The notes under the pieces: generated by a model
Databases searched by the model: none
What the model was told of the DNA's origin: nothing
The model's input: the letters and a program-made list of their open reading frames with translations, nothing else
Origin: an uncultured delta proteobacterium
GTDB lineage: Bacteria; Desulfobacterota; Binatia; HRBIN30; BPIQ01
Reading direction: 5' to 3'
DNA: 64,000 nt
Assembly (NCBI GenBank): GCA_963761335.1
Contig: CAVXGR010000017.1
Coordinates: forward strand, 96,001-160,000
Program-made: the position numbers and the translations under genes
In this document: in pieces, positions 53,901-64,000 of the stretch
How the letters are laid out: each line of letters starts with the position of its first letter
How positions within the stretch are numbered: the stretch's first letter is position 1

Positions 53901-56563
53901 TCGGGGCCGAGGTCGATCACCCAGTCGGCGGCCTTCACCACCTCCATGTTGTGCTCGATGATGACCACCGAGTGGCCGCGGTCCACCAGTCGCTGGAAGG
54001 CGCCCAGCAGCGTCTCGATGTCGGCGAAATGCAGGCCGATGGTCGGCTCGTCGAAGAGGAAGAGCGTGTGGACCTTGCCCTCGCGCCCCATGGCGGCGGC
54101 GAGCTTGAGCCGCTGCGACTCTCCTCCGGACAGCTTCGTGAGCGGCTGTCCCAGGCGCAGGTAGCCGAGGCCGACGTCGACCGCCGGCTGCAGCTGCTGC
54201 AGCACCTCCGGCTGGTCGGCAAAGAAGGCGCGCGCCTCGTCGATGCTGAGGTCGAGGACGTCGCGGATCGATTTGCCGCGGTAAGACACCTCCAGGATCT
54301 CGCTGCGGAAGCGAGCCCCGTTGCATTCGGCGCAGGTGACGTAGACGTCGGAGAGAAACTGCATCTCGACCTTCTCGTAGCCCTCGCCGTTGCAGGCGTC
54401 GCAGCGTCCCCCGGCGACGTTGAAGGAGAAGGTGGCGGCGGTGTAGTGCCGCAGCCGGCTCTCGGGGGTGGCGGCGAAGCACGCGCGGATCTTGTCGAAG
54501 GCCTTGAGATAGGTCACCGGGTTCGCCCGCGGCGTGCTGCCGAGCGGGCTCTGGTCGACGAAGATCACGTCGCTGACGCGGTCGGCGCCGTCGACTCCGT
54601 CGTTGTCGCCGGGCGGTCCGACGCTCTGGCCGAGATGCTTCTTCAGGGAGCGGTAGAGAACGTCGTCGACCAGCGTCGATTTGCCCGAGCCCGAGACGCC
54701 GGTGATGCACACCATTCGCCCCAGGGGGATGTGGACGTCCAGATCGCGGAGGTTGTTGGCGCGAGCTCCGCGAATCGCCAGCTGCAGGGCGCGGATCGGC
54801 GGCCGGCGCTTGCGCGGCAGGGGGATGTGCCGCCGCCCGCCGAGGTATTGGCCGGTGAGCGAGCTGCTCTGCCGCCGCAGCTGGTCGTAGCTGCCGGCGA
54901 AGATGACGTGGCCGCCGTTCTCGCCGGCGCCGGGGCCGAGGTCGATGATGTGGTCCGCCTCGCGGATGATCTCCGCCTCGTGCTCGACGACGGCGACGGT
55001 GTTTCCCTTGGCGCGCAGGTCTTTGAGGATGCGCACCAGGCGCTGGCTGTCGCGCGGATGCAGGCCGACCGAGGGCTCGTCGAGCACGTAGAGGGTGTTC
55101 ACCAGCGAAGAGCCCACGGCGGTGGTGAGGTCGACGCGCGCCAGCTCGCCGCCGGAGAGCGTCCGCGACTGGCGGTCGAGGGTGAGGTACTCGAGGCCGA
55201 CGTCGAGGAGATAGCGGAGCCGTGTGCGGATCTCTTCCAGCAGCAGGTGGGCCACCTCCTCCTCGTTGCCGCGCAGCGACAGGTCGCGGAAGAAGGCGTG
55301 GGTGTCCGCCACCGTCATGCGGTTGACGTCGGCGATGCTCTTGCCGTTGATGCGCACCAGCAGCGACTCGGGCTTGAGGCGCGCGCCGCGGCACATCGGG
55401 CAGAGTCGATAGCTCCGGTAGCGGGCGAGGAAGACGCGAACGTGCATACGGTAGGTGCGCCCCTCGAGCCAGCGGAACCAGCCGCGAATCCCCCAGAAGC
55501 GTTTGCGGCCGCTCTTCTCTCCGTCGATGATCGCCTGCCGTTGCTCCTCGGCGAGATCTTCCCAGGCAGTGTCGAGGGGGATCTTGCGCCGCTCGCAGAA
55601 GGCGAACAGCTCGCCGCGCTCCCACTCGGTGGCCTTGGTGCTCCACGGTTTGATGGCCAGCTGCCGCAGCGTCTTGCGCCCATCCGGAATCACCAGCTCC
55701 AGGTCGAGGTCGATGACCCGTCCGAAGCCGCGGCAGCTCTCGCAGGCGCCGAGCGGGCTGTTGAAGGAGAAGAGGTTGGCTGCCGGCGCCTGATAAGTGA
55801 TGTCGCAGCGGGAGCAGGCGAAGCCGTCGCTGTAGCGGACGAGCCGATTGTCGTCCTCGGGGAAGATGACGGCGATGCGGCCGCGGCCGAAGCGAAAGGC
55901 CTGCTCGAGGGAGTCGACCAGGCGCCGGCGCTGGCTGCGGCGCAGCACCAGGCGATCGGCGACGATGCGCAGCTCGGCGGGGGCCGCCGCGAGGCTCTCC
56001 AGGTCCGCGGTGCGGCCGTCGACCCAGAGGCGGTGGAAGCCCGACTGCGTCAAGCCGGCGCGTGTCTCCTCCCAGGGAAGGCCGGCGGCGAGCGGCCGCT
56101 CGAAGGTGAGCAGGATGCGCGACTCCGGCGCCGTCGCCAGCAAGGCCTCGGCGACGCTCTCCGCCGAGTCGTGCCGCACGGGCTCGCCGCAGCCGCGGCA
56201 GTGAATGATACCGATGCTGGCGAAGAGCAGCTTCAGATGGTCCTGGATCTCGGTCATGGTGCCGACCGTCGAGCGCGACGTCTTGACGCTGTTGCCCTGG
56301 CTGATGGCGATCGCTGGAAGAATGCCCTCGATCGCCTCCACCTGTGGCTTGTCCATGCGGTCGAGGAACTGGCGGGTGTAGGCGGAGAAGCTCTCGACGT
56401 AGCGCCGCTGCCCCTCGGCATAGAGCACATCAAACGCCAGGCTCGACTTTCCCGAACCGGACACGCCGGTGATCACCGTCAGGGCGTTGAGCGGGATGCG
56501 GACGTCGATGCCCTTCAGATTGTTCTGCCGCGCACCGCGCACGGCGATGAATTCTTCTGCCAT
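50951..56563 (-). CDS. uvrA: Excinuclease ABC subunit A, tandem-duplicated (four ABC domains); no stop before the GDT1 gene
   Basis: Two full UvrA units: four Walker A motifs ([35 protein letters not shown]), four LSGGE signatures, two AEGQRRY motifs, CxxC zinc modules. Confidence 0.95.
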
Positions 56564-56687
56564 TGCTGTGTCGTCTGCCTGCCGCGAAGGTGTGAACCGG
56601 GACTTATACCGGAAAGCGAAGGCAGAGAGTAGAAGGGTCGTCTTCGCTACATAGACCCCCCTCCGGGAGTGTGCTAGAAATCCTCCG

Positions 56688-58466
56688 ATGTCGACCTCCA
56701 GTGCGGCGCTCCGCCAGTGCGCCGCAGTCGTTCTCCCGGTACTCTTTCTCTCTGCATGCGCCGCGGTCCGGAGCCGTCCGGGCAACGGCGCCGAGACCTA
56801 CCCCTGGTCCTTCGATCAGCAGGTCGCGGCGCAGAAGAAGAAGCCGGCGGAAGCCGAGGCCCTGGGCCAGTTCCTCAAGGCGGAGATGGCTCTCCGCGCC
56901 GGCGACCGCGACACGGCGTTGAAAGCCTACGAAAAAGCCATCGAAGCCGACGGTGGCACGCCACTGCTGCGCCGCCGCCTGGCCCTGCTCTATGTGCGCG
57001 CCGGTCGCCTGGAGGACGCCCAGAAGCAGTGTGTCGCCATTCTCGACGAGGAGCCGGACAACGTCGACGTGCGCCTGCTGCTGGCGGGTATCCTCTCGTC
57101 GCTCGGAAAAGACGAGGATGCGGCAGGCGAGTACGAGCAGGTGCTGACCCTCGATTCCGAGAACCAGGAAGCCTATCTGTTCCTCGGCGCCCTCTACGAC
57201 AAGGAGGGCGAATACGATCGCGCCGTGGAGACGCTGGAGAAGCTGGTGCAGCTCAACCCGCAATCCTTCCTCGGCTACTACTATCTCGGGCGCGTGCACG
57301 CCGCCGCCAAGCGCTACGATCTCGCCGAGGAGGCGTACCGCGAGGCCATGCGCCTCAATCCCCAGTCGGAGCTGGTGCTCGCCGACATGGCCATGCTCTA
57401 CGAGGCCGAGGACAAGCCGGCCAAGGCCATCGAGATCTACGAGGGAATCCTCAAGTCGAACCCGAAGAGCGCCACGGCGCGGCGGCGACTGGGCGGCCTC
57501 TACGTCGGGCAGCGGCGCCTGGACGATGCCCTGACGCAGTTCCACGAGCTCGAGAAGATCGAGTCGGATCCGCTCGAGACACGCGTCAAGATCGGCCTGA
57601 TCTACTTCGAGAAGGGCGACCTCGAGCGCGCCGGCACCGAGCTCAACCTGGTGCTGGCGGCCGACCCCAAGAACGATCGGGTGCGCTATTACCTGGGCGC
57701 GGTGCTGACCCAGAGCAAGGACTACGACAAGGCCGTCAACACCCTCGAGGGTATCGACAAGGACAGCGACTACTACGTCGACGGCCACGTGCAGATCGCC
57801 TACGCCTATCAGCAGGCGGGGCAGACCGACAAGGCGATCGATACCCTGCTGGAGGTCCTGGAGGACAACCCCGACAACACCGACGTGCTGGCGCTGCTGG
57901 CGGGCCTCTATCGCGACAAGGGTGTGCTGGACAAGGCGATCGAGGCGGCGGAGCACGCCGTCGAGGTCGCTCCCGACAACGATCGCTTTCATTTCACTCT
58001 CGGTGCTCTCTACGACGAAGCGCAGGACAAGCCGCGCAGCATCGCCGAGATGCAACGCGCCATCGAGATCAATCCGAAGAACGCCCCGGCGCTAAACTAC
58101 CTCGGCTACACGTATGCCGAGCATGGCGATCGGCTGGATGAGGCGGAGCAGCTGATTCGCCGCGCTCTGGCCGTCGATCCCAACGACGGCTTCTACATCG
58201 ACAGCCTCGGCTGGGTCTTCTATCAGCGCGGCCAGTACGATACCGCCATCGATTACCTGGAGCGCGCCGTCGAGCTGGTGGGTGACGACCCCACCATCGT
58301 CGAGCATCTCGGCGACGCCTATCTGGCCGCCGGCCGGCCTGGAGACGCCCTGCGGCTGTTTCGCGACGCGGCGGTGAAATCGAAGGAGCAGAGCCAGATC
58401 GACCGGCTCCGGGGCAAGATCCAGGACCTCGAGACCCATCCGCGGGGCGCCGCCGACAACTCGTGA
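56688..58466 (+). CDS. TPR-repeat lipoprotein
   Basis: Lipobox LFLSAC, multiple TPRs, [26 protein letters not shown]-terminal motif. Confidence 0.9.
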   Translation: MSTSSAALRQCAAVVLPVLFLSACAAVRSRPGNGAETYPWSFDQQVAAQKKKPAEAEALGQFLKAEMALRAGDRDTALKAYEKAIEADGGTPLLRRRLALLYVRAGRLEDAQKQCVAILDEEPDNVDVRLLLAGILSSLGKDEDAAGEYEQVLTLDSENQEAYLFLGALYDKEGEYDRAVETLEKLVQLNPQSFLGYYYLGRVHAAAKRYDLAEEAYREAMRLNPQSELVLADMAMLYEAEDKPAKAIEIYEGILKSNPKSATARRRLGGLYVGQRRLDDALTQFHELEKIESDPLETRVKIGLIYFEKGDLERAGTELNLVLAADPKNDRVRYYLGAVLTQSKDYDKAVNTLEGIDKDSDYYVDGHVQIAYAYQQAGQTDKAIDTLLEVLEDNPDNTDVLALLAGLYRDKGVLDKAIEAAEHAVEVAPDNDRFHFTLGALYDEAQDKPRSIAEMQRAIEINPKNAPALNYLGYTYAEHGDRLDEAEQLIRRALAVDPNDGFYIDSLGWVFYQRGQYDTAIDYLERAVELVGDDPTIVEHLGDAYLAAGRPGDALRLFRDAAVKSKEQSQIDRLRGKIQDLETHPRGAADNS

Positions 58467-59266
58467 TGCGCCGTCCGCTGCTCGCGACCGCGCTGCTGCT
58501 CGGGCTCGCCGCCTGTGCCGGTTCGCGGCGTCCGCAGGAGGTCGCGCTGCAGCCGCCGTTGTCCCTGCCCACGGTCGACTCGCTGCGGCAGATCGTCGAG
58601 AGCCGCCGGCAGTCGCTGCACAGCCTGCGATCCGAGGCGCGCGTCAACCTGGAGAGCCCCGAGGGCAGCGGCAGCGCGCGCCAGGCCATCCTCGCCGCCC
58701 GCCCGGACTTCCTCCGTGTCGAGGTCTTCTCGCCGTTCGGCACCGCCTTTGTCCTCACCGCCGCGCACGGGCGCCTGGCGGCCTACGTGCGCAATGAAAA
58801 CCGCCTGTACCGCGGCGTGGCCAGCCGCGAGAACCTGTCCCACTACGCGCAGCTCGATCTGCGCCTCCCGGACATCGTCGACCTGATGCTGGGGACTCCG
58901 CCGGAGCGGCAGCCCGGCTTCGGGCTGGTCTTCTTCGATCCGGCCAGTGGCCACATCCGCCTCCGACAGGAGATCCCCACCGGCACCCAGGTCATCGACT
59001 TCGCCGGCGAGCCGCTGCGGCCGGTGGCGGTGGAGCAGCGGGCTCGCGACGACCAGCTCATCTGGCGCGCCGAGTTCTCCCGGCATGAGTCGATCGGGGG
59101 CGTGCTCGTGCCGTTGCACATCGACCTCGAGCAGCCCGAGCATCAGCGACGGGTGAGCATCGACTTCGAGTCGCCCGAGCCCAACCCGGAGCTCGCCGGA
59201 AGGCTGTTCGCGCTGCAGCCGCCTCCAGGGAGCGAGGAGGTCGACCTGGACTCGTATGTGGACTGA
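58466..59266 (+). CDS. LolB/DUF4292-like lipoprotein
   Basis: Lipobox GLAAC, RPDFLRVEVFSPFG, VPLHIDL, NPEL..LF.LQPPPG; ATG overlaps the TPR gene stop. Confidence 0.75.
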   Translation: MRRPLLATALLLGLAACAGSRRPQEVALQPPLSLPTVDSLRQIVESRRQSLHSLRSEARVNLESPEGSGSARQAILAARPDFLRVEVFSPFGTAFVLTAAHGRLAAYVRNENRLYRGVASRENLSHYAQLDLRLPDIVDLMLGTPPERQPGFGLVFFDPASGHIRLRQEIPTGTQVIDFAGEPLRPVAVEQRARDDQLIWRAEFSRHESIGGVLVPLHIDLEQPEHQRRVSIDFESPEPNPELAGRLFALQPPPGSEEVDLDSYVD

Positions 59267-61142
59267 CGCCAGGGTGAGGGCGCCGATCTCTCTGAAGGCC
59301 ACAAAGGATCACAGGCTCTCGTGCGCCCCACTACTCCCGCGGCGAAATTCGGCGGAGGGCTGCGCCAGCAATCTCATCCCCCTCATCCTGAGCTTCTCCC
59401 ATCCGGGAGAAGGGACCCGGCCTCGCAGGGGGCTCCGCATCGCCGCAGTGGCGGCGCTGCTTCTTCTCCCTGCTGCCTGCCAGCAGTCGCGGGAGACGAA
59501 GACCGCGAGCGGTGTGACAGTGGCACCGCCGACACCGCGGCCGCAGCAGCTCACCGACTCGACGGTCAGCGACCCGAAGACCTTCAACCCGCTGCTGTCC
59601 GTCGACAATGCCTCGAGCACGGCGCTGCGCTACGTCTTCGACTCGCTGGTGCGGCTCAATCCGCTGACCACCGAGATCGAGCCGATGCTGGCGGAGCGCT
59701 GGGAGTACGACAAGGCCGGCACCACCTGTACCTTTTACCTGCGCCGCGACGTGCACTGGCACGATGGGGTACCCTTCACCGCCGCCGACGTCGCCTTTAC
59801 CCTCGACGCCGTCTACGACCCGCGCGTCCCCAACAGCGCCAAGCACCTGCTCACCATCGACGGCGAGCGCATTCGCACCCAGATCGTCGATGATCACACC
59901 ATCCGCCTCATCCTGCCGCGACCGTTCGCGCCGCTACTGAACACCATCGGCATCGAGATCCTTCCCAAGCACATCCTCGGTGCGCCGCTCGAGCAGGGCA
60001 CCTTTGCCCAGCAGTGGGGCATCGACACGCCGCCGGAGAAGATCATCGGCACGGGACCGTATCGCATGGTCCGCTACGTCCCGGCACAGTTCATTCAGTA
60101 CCGCCGCTTTCCCGGATACTGGATGCGCGACGACGCCGGGGATGCCTTGCCCTACCTGGAGCAGTGGACGACGCTGATCGTCCCCAGTCAGGACACCGCC
60201 TTCCTCAAGTTTGGGGCCGGACAGACGGACTTGTTGCAGCCGCGCCCGGAGGAGATCACCGCGCTGCGCGCCGCACAGGACGAGATGAAGATCGAGCTCG
60301 AGGAGGTGGGGCTCGAGGCCGGTTCGACGTTCGTGTCGTTCAACCGCAACCCGCGCCACTATCAGCACGACGGCGAACGCGATCCCAAGCTCGACTGGTT
60401 CACGGACCGCAGGTTTCTCCTCGCCATCGCCCACGCCATCGACCGCAAGAGCATGGTGCAGAACTGCCTGTTCGGCTACGGGCGCCCGTCCGTCGCCGAG
60501 ATCTCCCCGGAGAACACCTTCTTCCACAACCCCAATCTGCAGCCGTATGCATATGATCTGGCGGAGTCGCGACGCTTGCTGGCCGAAGGGGGATACGTCG
60601 ATCGCGACGACGACGGGGTGATCGAGGATGCCCACGGCCACCCGGTGGAGTTCTCTCTCTACACCAATGCGGAGAATCAGGTGCGGCAGAAGATGTGCTC
60701 CATCCTCCTCGAGGACTGGACGGCGCTGGGCATGAAGGTCGACTATCGCCCCCTGGACTTCACGGCGCTGGTGGAGAAGCTCGACACCACCTTCGACTGG
60801 GACGCCGTGCTCATCGGCTTCACCGGCGGGGTCGAGCCGCACAATGGCGCCAACATCCTGCGCAGCTCGAGCAATCTCCACCTGTGGAACCCGCGGCAGG
60901 CGAGCCCGGCGACGCCATGGGAGAAGCAGATCGACGAGCTCGTCGAAGCCGGCTCGCGCCAGCTCGACCGCGACAAGCGCCGGCGGATCTACTGGCACAT
61001 CCAGCAGATCCTCCACGACCAGCTGGCGATGATCCAGACGGTGCGGCAGACGCAGTTCGTCGCCTTTCGCCGTTATCTCGAGAACTTCCGCCCGACGGTC
61101 TGGGGCCTGTACCGGCCCGAGCTGATCCGCATCGCCCCCTGA
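59256..61142 (+). CDS. Peptide/nickel ABC transporter substrate-binding lipoprotein (family 5)
   Basis: Lipobox LPAAC, SDPKTFNP, PMLAERW, WHDGVPFTAADVAFT, IGTGPY; start uncertain (ATG 59256 or GTG 59274). Confidence 0.9.
   Translation: MWTDARVRAPISLKATKDHRLSCAPLLPRRNSAEGCASNLIPLILSFSHPGEGTRPRRGLRIAAVAALLLLPAACQQSRETKTASGVTVAPPTPRPQQLTDSTVSDPKTFNPLLSVDNASSTALRYVFDSLVRLNPLTTEIEPMLAERWEYDKAGTTCTFYLRRDVHWHDGVPFTAADVAFTLDAVYDPRVPNSAKHLLTIDGERIRTQIVDDHTIRLILPRPFAPLLNTIGIEILPKHILGAPLEQGTFAQQWGIDTPPEKIIGTGPYRMVRYVPAQFIQYRRFPGYWMRDDAGDALPYLEQWTTLIVPSQDTAFLKFGAGQTDLLQPRPEEITALRAAQDEMKIELEEVGLEAGSTFVSFNRNPRHYQHDGERDPKLDWFTDRRFLLAIAHAIDRKSMVQNCLFGYGRPSVAEISPENTFFHNPNLQPYAYDLAESRRLLAEGGYVDRDDDGVIEDAHGHPVEFSLYTNAENQVRQKMCSILLEDWTALGMKVDYRPLDFTALVEKLDTTFDWDAVLIGFTGGVEPHNGANILRSSSNLHLWNPRQASPATPWEKQIDELVEAGSRQLDRDKRRRIYWHIQQILHDQLAMIQTVRQTQFVAFRRYLENFRPTVWGLYRPELIRIAP
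59378..59417 (+). repeat. CCCTCTCCC-type palindromic element inside the 5' coding region
   Basis: CCCCCTCATCCTGAGCTTCTCCC-ATCC-GGGAGAAGGGACC, translated as PLILSFSHPGEG. Confidence 0.7.
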
Positions 61143-61169
61143 GCGAAGCGGCTGACGGGCGCGCCTCCC

Positions 61170-62153
61170 ATGGTCTCCTACGTCGTTCGCCGTTTGCTGT
61201 ACATGATCCCTCTGCTCGTCGGGATCACTTTCCTCTCGTTCCTGGTCATCGAGATGGCGCCGGGGGACTACTTCAGCACCCTGAAGATGAACCCGTCGAT
61301 CTCTCCCGACGTCATTCGGGAGATGGAGATCCAGTTCGGCTACGGAGAGCCGTTGCTGGTGCGCTACGGCAAGTGGCTCATGCGCGTCGCCCATGGCGAC
61401 CTGGGCCTGTCACTCGCCTACCGCGTCAACGTCGCCGAGCTCATCGGCCCGCGCGTGCTGAACACCGTCATCCTGGCGCTCGCCAGCATGGCGGTCACCT
61501 GGTCTCTGGCAATTCCCATGGGCGTCCTGGTCGCCATGTGGCCCGACTCGTGGACCGACCGGCTGCTGTCGTTTCTCGCCTTTTTCGGCATGTCGGTGCC
61601 CAACTTCTTCCTCGGCTTTCTGATGATGTACGCGGCGCTGCAGAGCGGATGGTTCCCTGTGGGGGGCACCTTCTCGGTCGGCTACGACTCGCTCAGCTTC
61701 GCCGGCAAGGTGCTCGACCGCCTCGACCATCTGATTCTGCCGGTGATCGTGCTCGGCACCAGCGGCATGGCCAGTCACATGCGGCTGATGCGCGCCAACG
61801 TGTTGGAGCTGAAGCAGAGCGACTTCATCCGCACGGCGCGCGCCAAGGGCCTTCCGGAGCGCGTCGTGGTGCTCAAGCACCTGCTGCGCAATGCCTTGAA
61901 CCCGTTCGTCACGCTCGCCGGCTACGAGCTCGGCAGCCTGCTCAGCGGCGCGGCGCTGGTGGAAGCGGTGATGAACCTGCAAGGGCTCGGCTCGCTGATG
62001 CTGGCGGGGGTTCGTTCTCTCGACCAGTACCTGGTGATGGCATCGGTGTTGATGGGGGCGGTGCTCCTGCTGATCGGCAATCTGCTGGCGGACCTGGTTC
62101 TCACGCTCGTCGACCCGCGCATCGACTTCTCGCATCTGGAGGCGGCGCGCTGA
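61170..62153 (+). CDS. Peptide ABC permease (DppB/OppB-like)
   Basis: YVVRRLL, APGD, GDLG.S, HLILP, TARAKGL (EAA), DPRI. Confidence 0.95.
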   Translation: MVSYVVRRLLYMIPLLVGITFLSFLVIEMAPGDYFSTLKMNPSISPDVIREMEIQFGYGEPLLVRYGKWLMRVAHGDLGLSLAYRVNVAELIGPRVLNTVILALASMAVTWSLAIPMGVLVAMWPDSWTDRLLSFLAFFGMSVPNFFLGFLMMYAALQSGWFPVGGTFSVGYDSLSFAGKVLDRLDHLILPVIVLGTSGMASHMRLMRANVLELKQSDFIRTARAKGLPERVVVLKHLLRNALNPFVTLAGYELGSLLSGAALVEAVMNLQGLGSLMLAGVRSLDQYLVMASVLMGAVLLLIGNLLADLVLTLVDPRIDFSHLEAAR

Positions 62154-62167
62154 GCGCCGGCGTTGGG

Positions 62168-63166
62168 ATGCGACGGGCTCCGCGGATCGCCTGGTGCAGC
62201 GCGGCGTTGCTCGCCGTCTTCTACGCCATGGCGCTGTTCGCGCCGCTCGTGGCTCCGTATCCGTATGCGCAGCAGAACCGCGGCTTTCCCGACTGCCCGC
62301 CGTCGCCGCTCTACCTCAACCCTCCGTGGCAATGGTCCGAGTCGGTTCTCTACACGCGCGCCTACCAGCTGGTCGATCCGCTGGAGCGTCGCTACAGCGA
62401 GGTGCAGGGCAGCCGTGTGCCGATCCATATGTTCTGGAACGGGCATCTGTTCACCACCCCCGAAGGGCAGGCGAAGTACTTCGCCATGGGCACCGACAGC
62501 CTCGGGCGCGACCTGTTCTCGCGCATCGTCTATGGCAGTCGCATCAGCCTCTCGATCGGCGTCATCGGCGTGCTCATCAGCTTCGGGATCGGGCTGGCGG
62601 TCGGCAGCTTCGCCGGTTACGCCGGCGGCTGGGTCGACACGGTGGTGATGCGCGTCGTCGAGGTCGAGATGTCGCTGCCGTCGTTCTTTCTGTTGCTGGC
62701 TCTGGCCTCGGTGATCCCGGCGCGCCTGTCGCCGGCGGAGACCTTTCTGCTGATCGTCGCCATCATGAGCCTGGTGAGCTGGGCCGGCTTCGCCCGCGTC
62801 ATCCGCGGCATGGCCGGGTCGCTGCGCGAGCAGGAGTACGTGATTGCCGCCCGCGCCCTGGGGGCGACGCGCCGGCGCATCATCGCCCGCCACGTCATCC
62901 CCGGCACCTTCGGCTACACCATCGTCGCCGCCACCCTCAGCATACCGGCCTTCATCCTCGGCGAGAGCGCCCTGTCGCTCCTCGGGCTCGGCATCCAGGA
63001 GCCCGCCGCCAGCTGGGGCAACCTGCTCGCCCAGGCGCAGAACGTGCAGAACCTCAGCCGCTACCCGTGGATCCTGATTCCCGGCGTGTTCATCTTCCTC
63101 ACCGTGATGTCGTTCAACTTCCTCGGCGATTACCTTCGCGACCGCCTCGACCCGAGGAGAGTGTAG
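62168..63166 (+). CDS. Peptide ABC permease (DppC/OppC-like)
   Basis: GTDSLGRDLFSRIVYGSRISL, EYVIAARALGA, ILGESALSLLGLG, GDYLRDRLDP. Confidence 0.95.
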   Translation: MRRAPRIAWCSAALLAVFYAMALFAPLVAPYPYAQQNRGFPDCPPSPLYLNPPWQWSESVLYTRAYQLVDPLERRYSEVQGSRVPIHMFWNGHLFTTPEGQAKYFAMGTDSLGRDLFSRIVYGSRISLSIGVIGVLISFGIGLAVGSFAGYAGGWVDTVVMRVVEVEMSLPSFFLLLALASVIPARLSPAETFLLIVAIMSLVSWAGFARVIRGMAGSLREQEYVIAARALGATRRRIIARHVIPGTFGYTIVAATLSIPAFILGESALSLLGLGIQEPAASWGNLLAQAQNVQNLSRYPWILIPGVFIFLTVMSFNFLGDYLRDRLDPRRV

Positions 63167-63253
63167 CGGCGGCGTCCCGCCTCCTTCGGGGGCGGGGACG
63201 CCGCGACGTTCGCGACATCCCGAGGCCTTCAGGGCCGAGCACGAGCACGAAGG
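63163..63253. repeat. Composite GTAG hairpin + GAGCAC repeat
   Basis: GTAGCGGCGGCGTCCCGCCTCC..GGGGGCGGGGACGCCGC and CCGAGGCCTTCAGGGCCGAGCACGAGCACGAAG; related to 7939-7992. Confidence 0.7.
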
Positions 63254-63301
63254 GGGAGGGCGGGCTCTACTCCCACCCCCTCTTCTGCTACTTACCGCCC
63301 C

Positions 63302-64000
63302 GTGCTCCTGCTCGAGGTAACCGACCTGCGCACCAGCTTCTTCACCGAGCGCGGCGAGCTGCGCGCCGTCGACGGCGTCAGCTTCGCCGTCGACGCCGGG
63401 AGGACGCTCGGGGTGGTGGGGGAATCGGGCTGCGGGAAGAGCATGACGGCGCTGTCGATCCTGCGCCTGGTGCCGCCCCCGGGAAGGATCATCGGCGGCC
63501 GTATCGGCTTCGACGGCCGGGATCTGCTGGCGCTGGACGATGCCGAGATGCGCCGCGTGCGCGGCAACCGGATCGCCATGATCTTCCAGGAGCCGATGAG
63601 CTCCCTCAACCCCGTCTTCACCGTCGGCAACCAGATTGCCGAGGCGGTGCGCCTGCACCAGCGGCTCGGGCGTGCCGCGGCGCGCCGCAAGGCGATCGAA
63701 ATGCTGCGTCTGGTCGAGATTTCCGAGCCCGAGCGGCGCGTCGACGACTACCCGCACCAGCTGAGCGGCGGTATGCGGCAGCGGGTGATGATCGCCATGG
63801 CGCTCTCCTGCGAGCCGCACCTGCTGATCGCCGACGAGCCGACCACGGCTCTCGACGTCACCATCCAGGCGCAGATTCTCGATCTGCTCGCCGGGCTGCA
63901 AGCGCGCCTCGGCATGGCTCTGCTGCTCGTCACCCATGACCTCGGCGTGGTGGCCCAGCGCGCCGACGAGGTGGTGATCATGTATGCCGGCCGCATCGTC
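63302..64000 (+). CDS. Peptide ABC ATPase (DppD/OppD-like), truncated by the window end
   Basis: [63 protein letters not shown]; absent from the ORF track because there is no stop. Confidence 0.95.
   Translation, partial: MLLLEVTDLRTSFFTERGELRAVDGVSFAVDAGRTLGVVGESGCGKSMTALSILRLVPPPGRIIGGRIGFDGRDLLALDDAEMRRVRGNRIAMIFQEPMSSLNPVFTVGNQIAEAVRLHQRLGRAAARRKAIEMLRLVEISEPERRVDDYPHQLSGGMRQRVMIAMALSCEPHLLIADEPTTALDVTIQAQILDLLAGLQARLGMALLLVTHDLGVVAQRADEVVIMYAGRIV

Noticed and set aside
50462..56632. 2056-aa plus-strand ORF
   Set aside because: Antisense shadow of uvrA in high-GC DNA; no recognisable motifs
56564..56687. SOS/LexA box upstream of uvrA
   Set aside because: No convincing known LexA dyad seen; the lineage-specific motif is unknown

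Overview
High-GC bacterial chromosomal window; the gene repertoire suggests a Binatia/Deltaproteobacteria- or Acidobacteria-like organism (inference). It is densely coding, with about 55 supportable CDSs. I found no rRNA, tRNA, CRISPR array, transposase or prophage. Main modules: assorted catabolic enzymes and cysK (1-12.9 kb); a glgE-treS/mak-glgB-treZ alpha-glucan/trehalose cluster; an MNT-HEPN toxin-antitoxin pair; an atypical GrpE-like + lid-less Hsp70 pair; a porin and glnK-amtB, each behind a near-identical sigma54 promoter; rne-gloB-GH36; a cold-shock gene; ccmE-F-H cytochrome c maturation genes of a Cys-variant type; a Ser1 proteasome/HslV-like hydrolase overlapping a persulfide dioxygenase-rhodanese gene; a four-ATPase UvrA whose frame runs without a stop into a GDT1/UPF0016 membrane gene; TPR and LolB-like lipoproteins; and a peptide ABC operon cut by the window end. 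Intergenic DNA holds several small palindromic repeat families: GGGGACAGGC arms with a conserved A.A mismatch around unrelated 32-38 nt loops, GTAG REP-like hairpins, CCCTCTCCC palindromes, and 6/~7/8-nt periodic inverted arrays. Some supply stop codons or are translated in frame. Candidate structured RNAs lie downstream of amtB and upstream of rne. Family assignments come from motif recognition by eye, not database searches.
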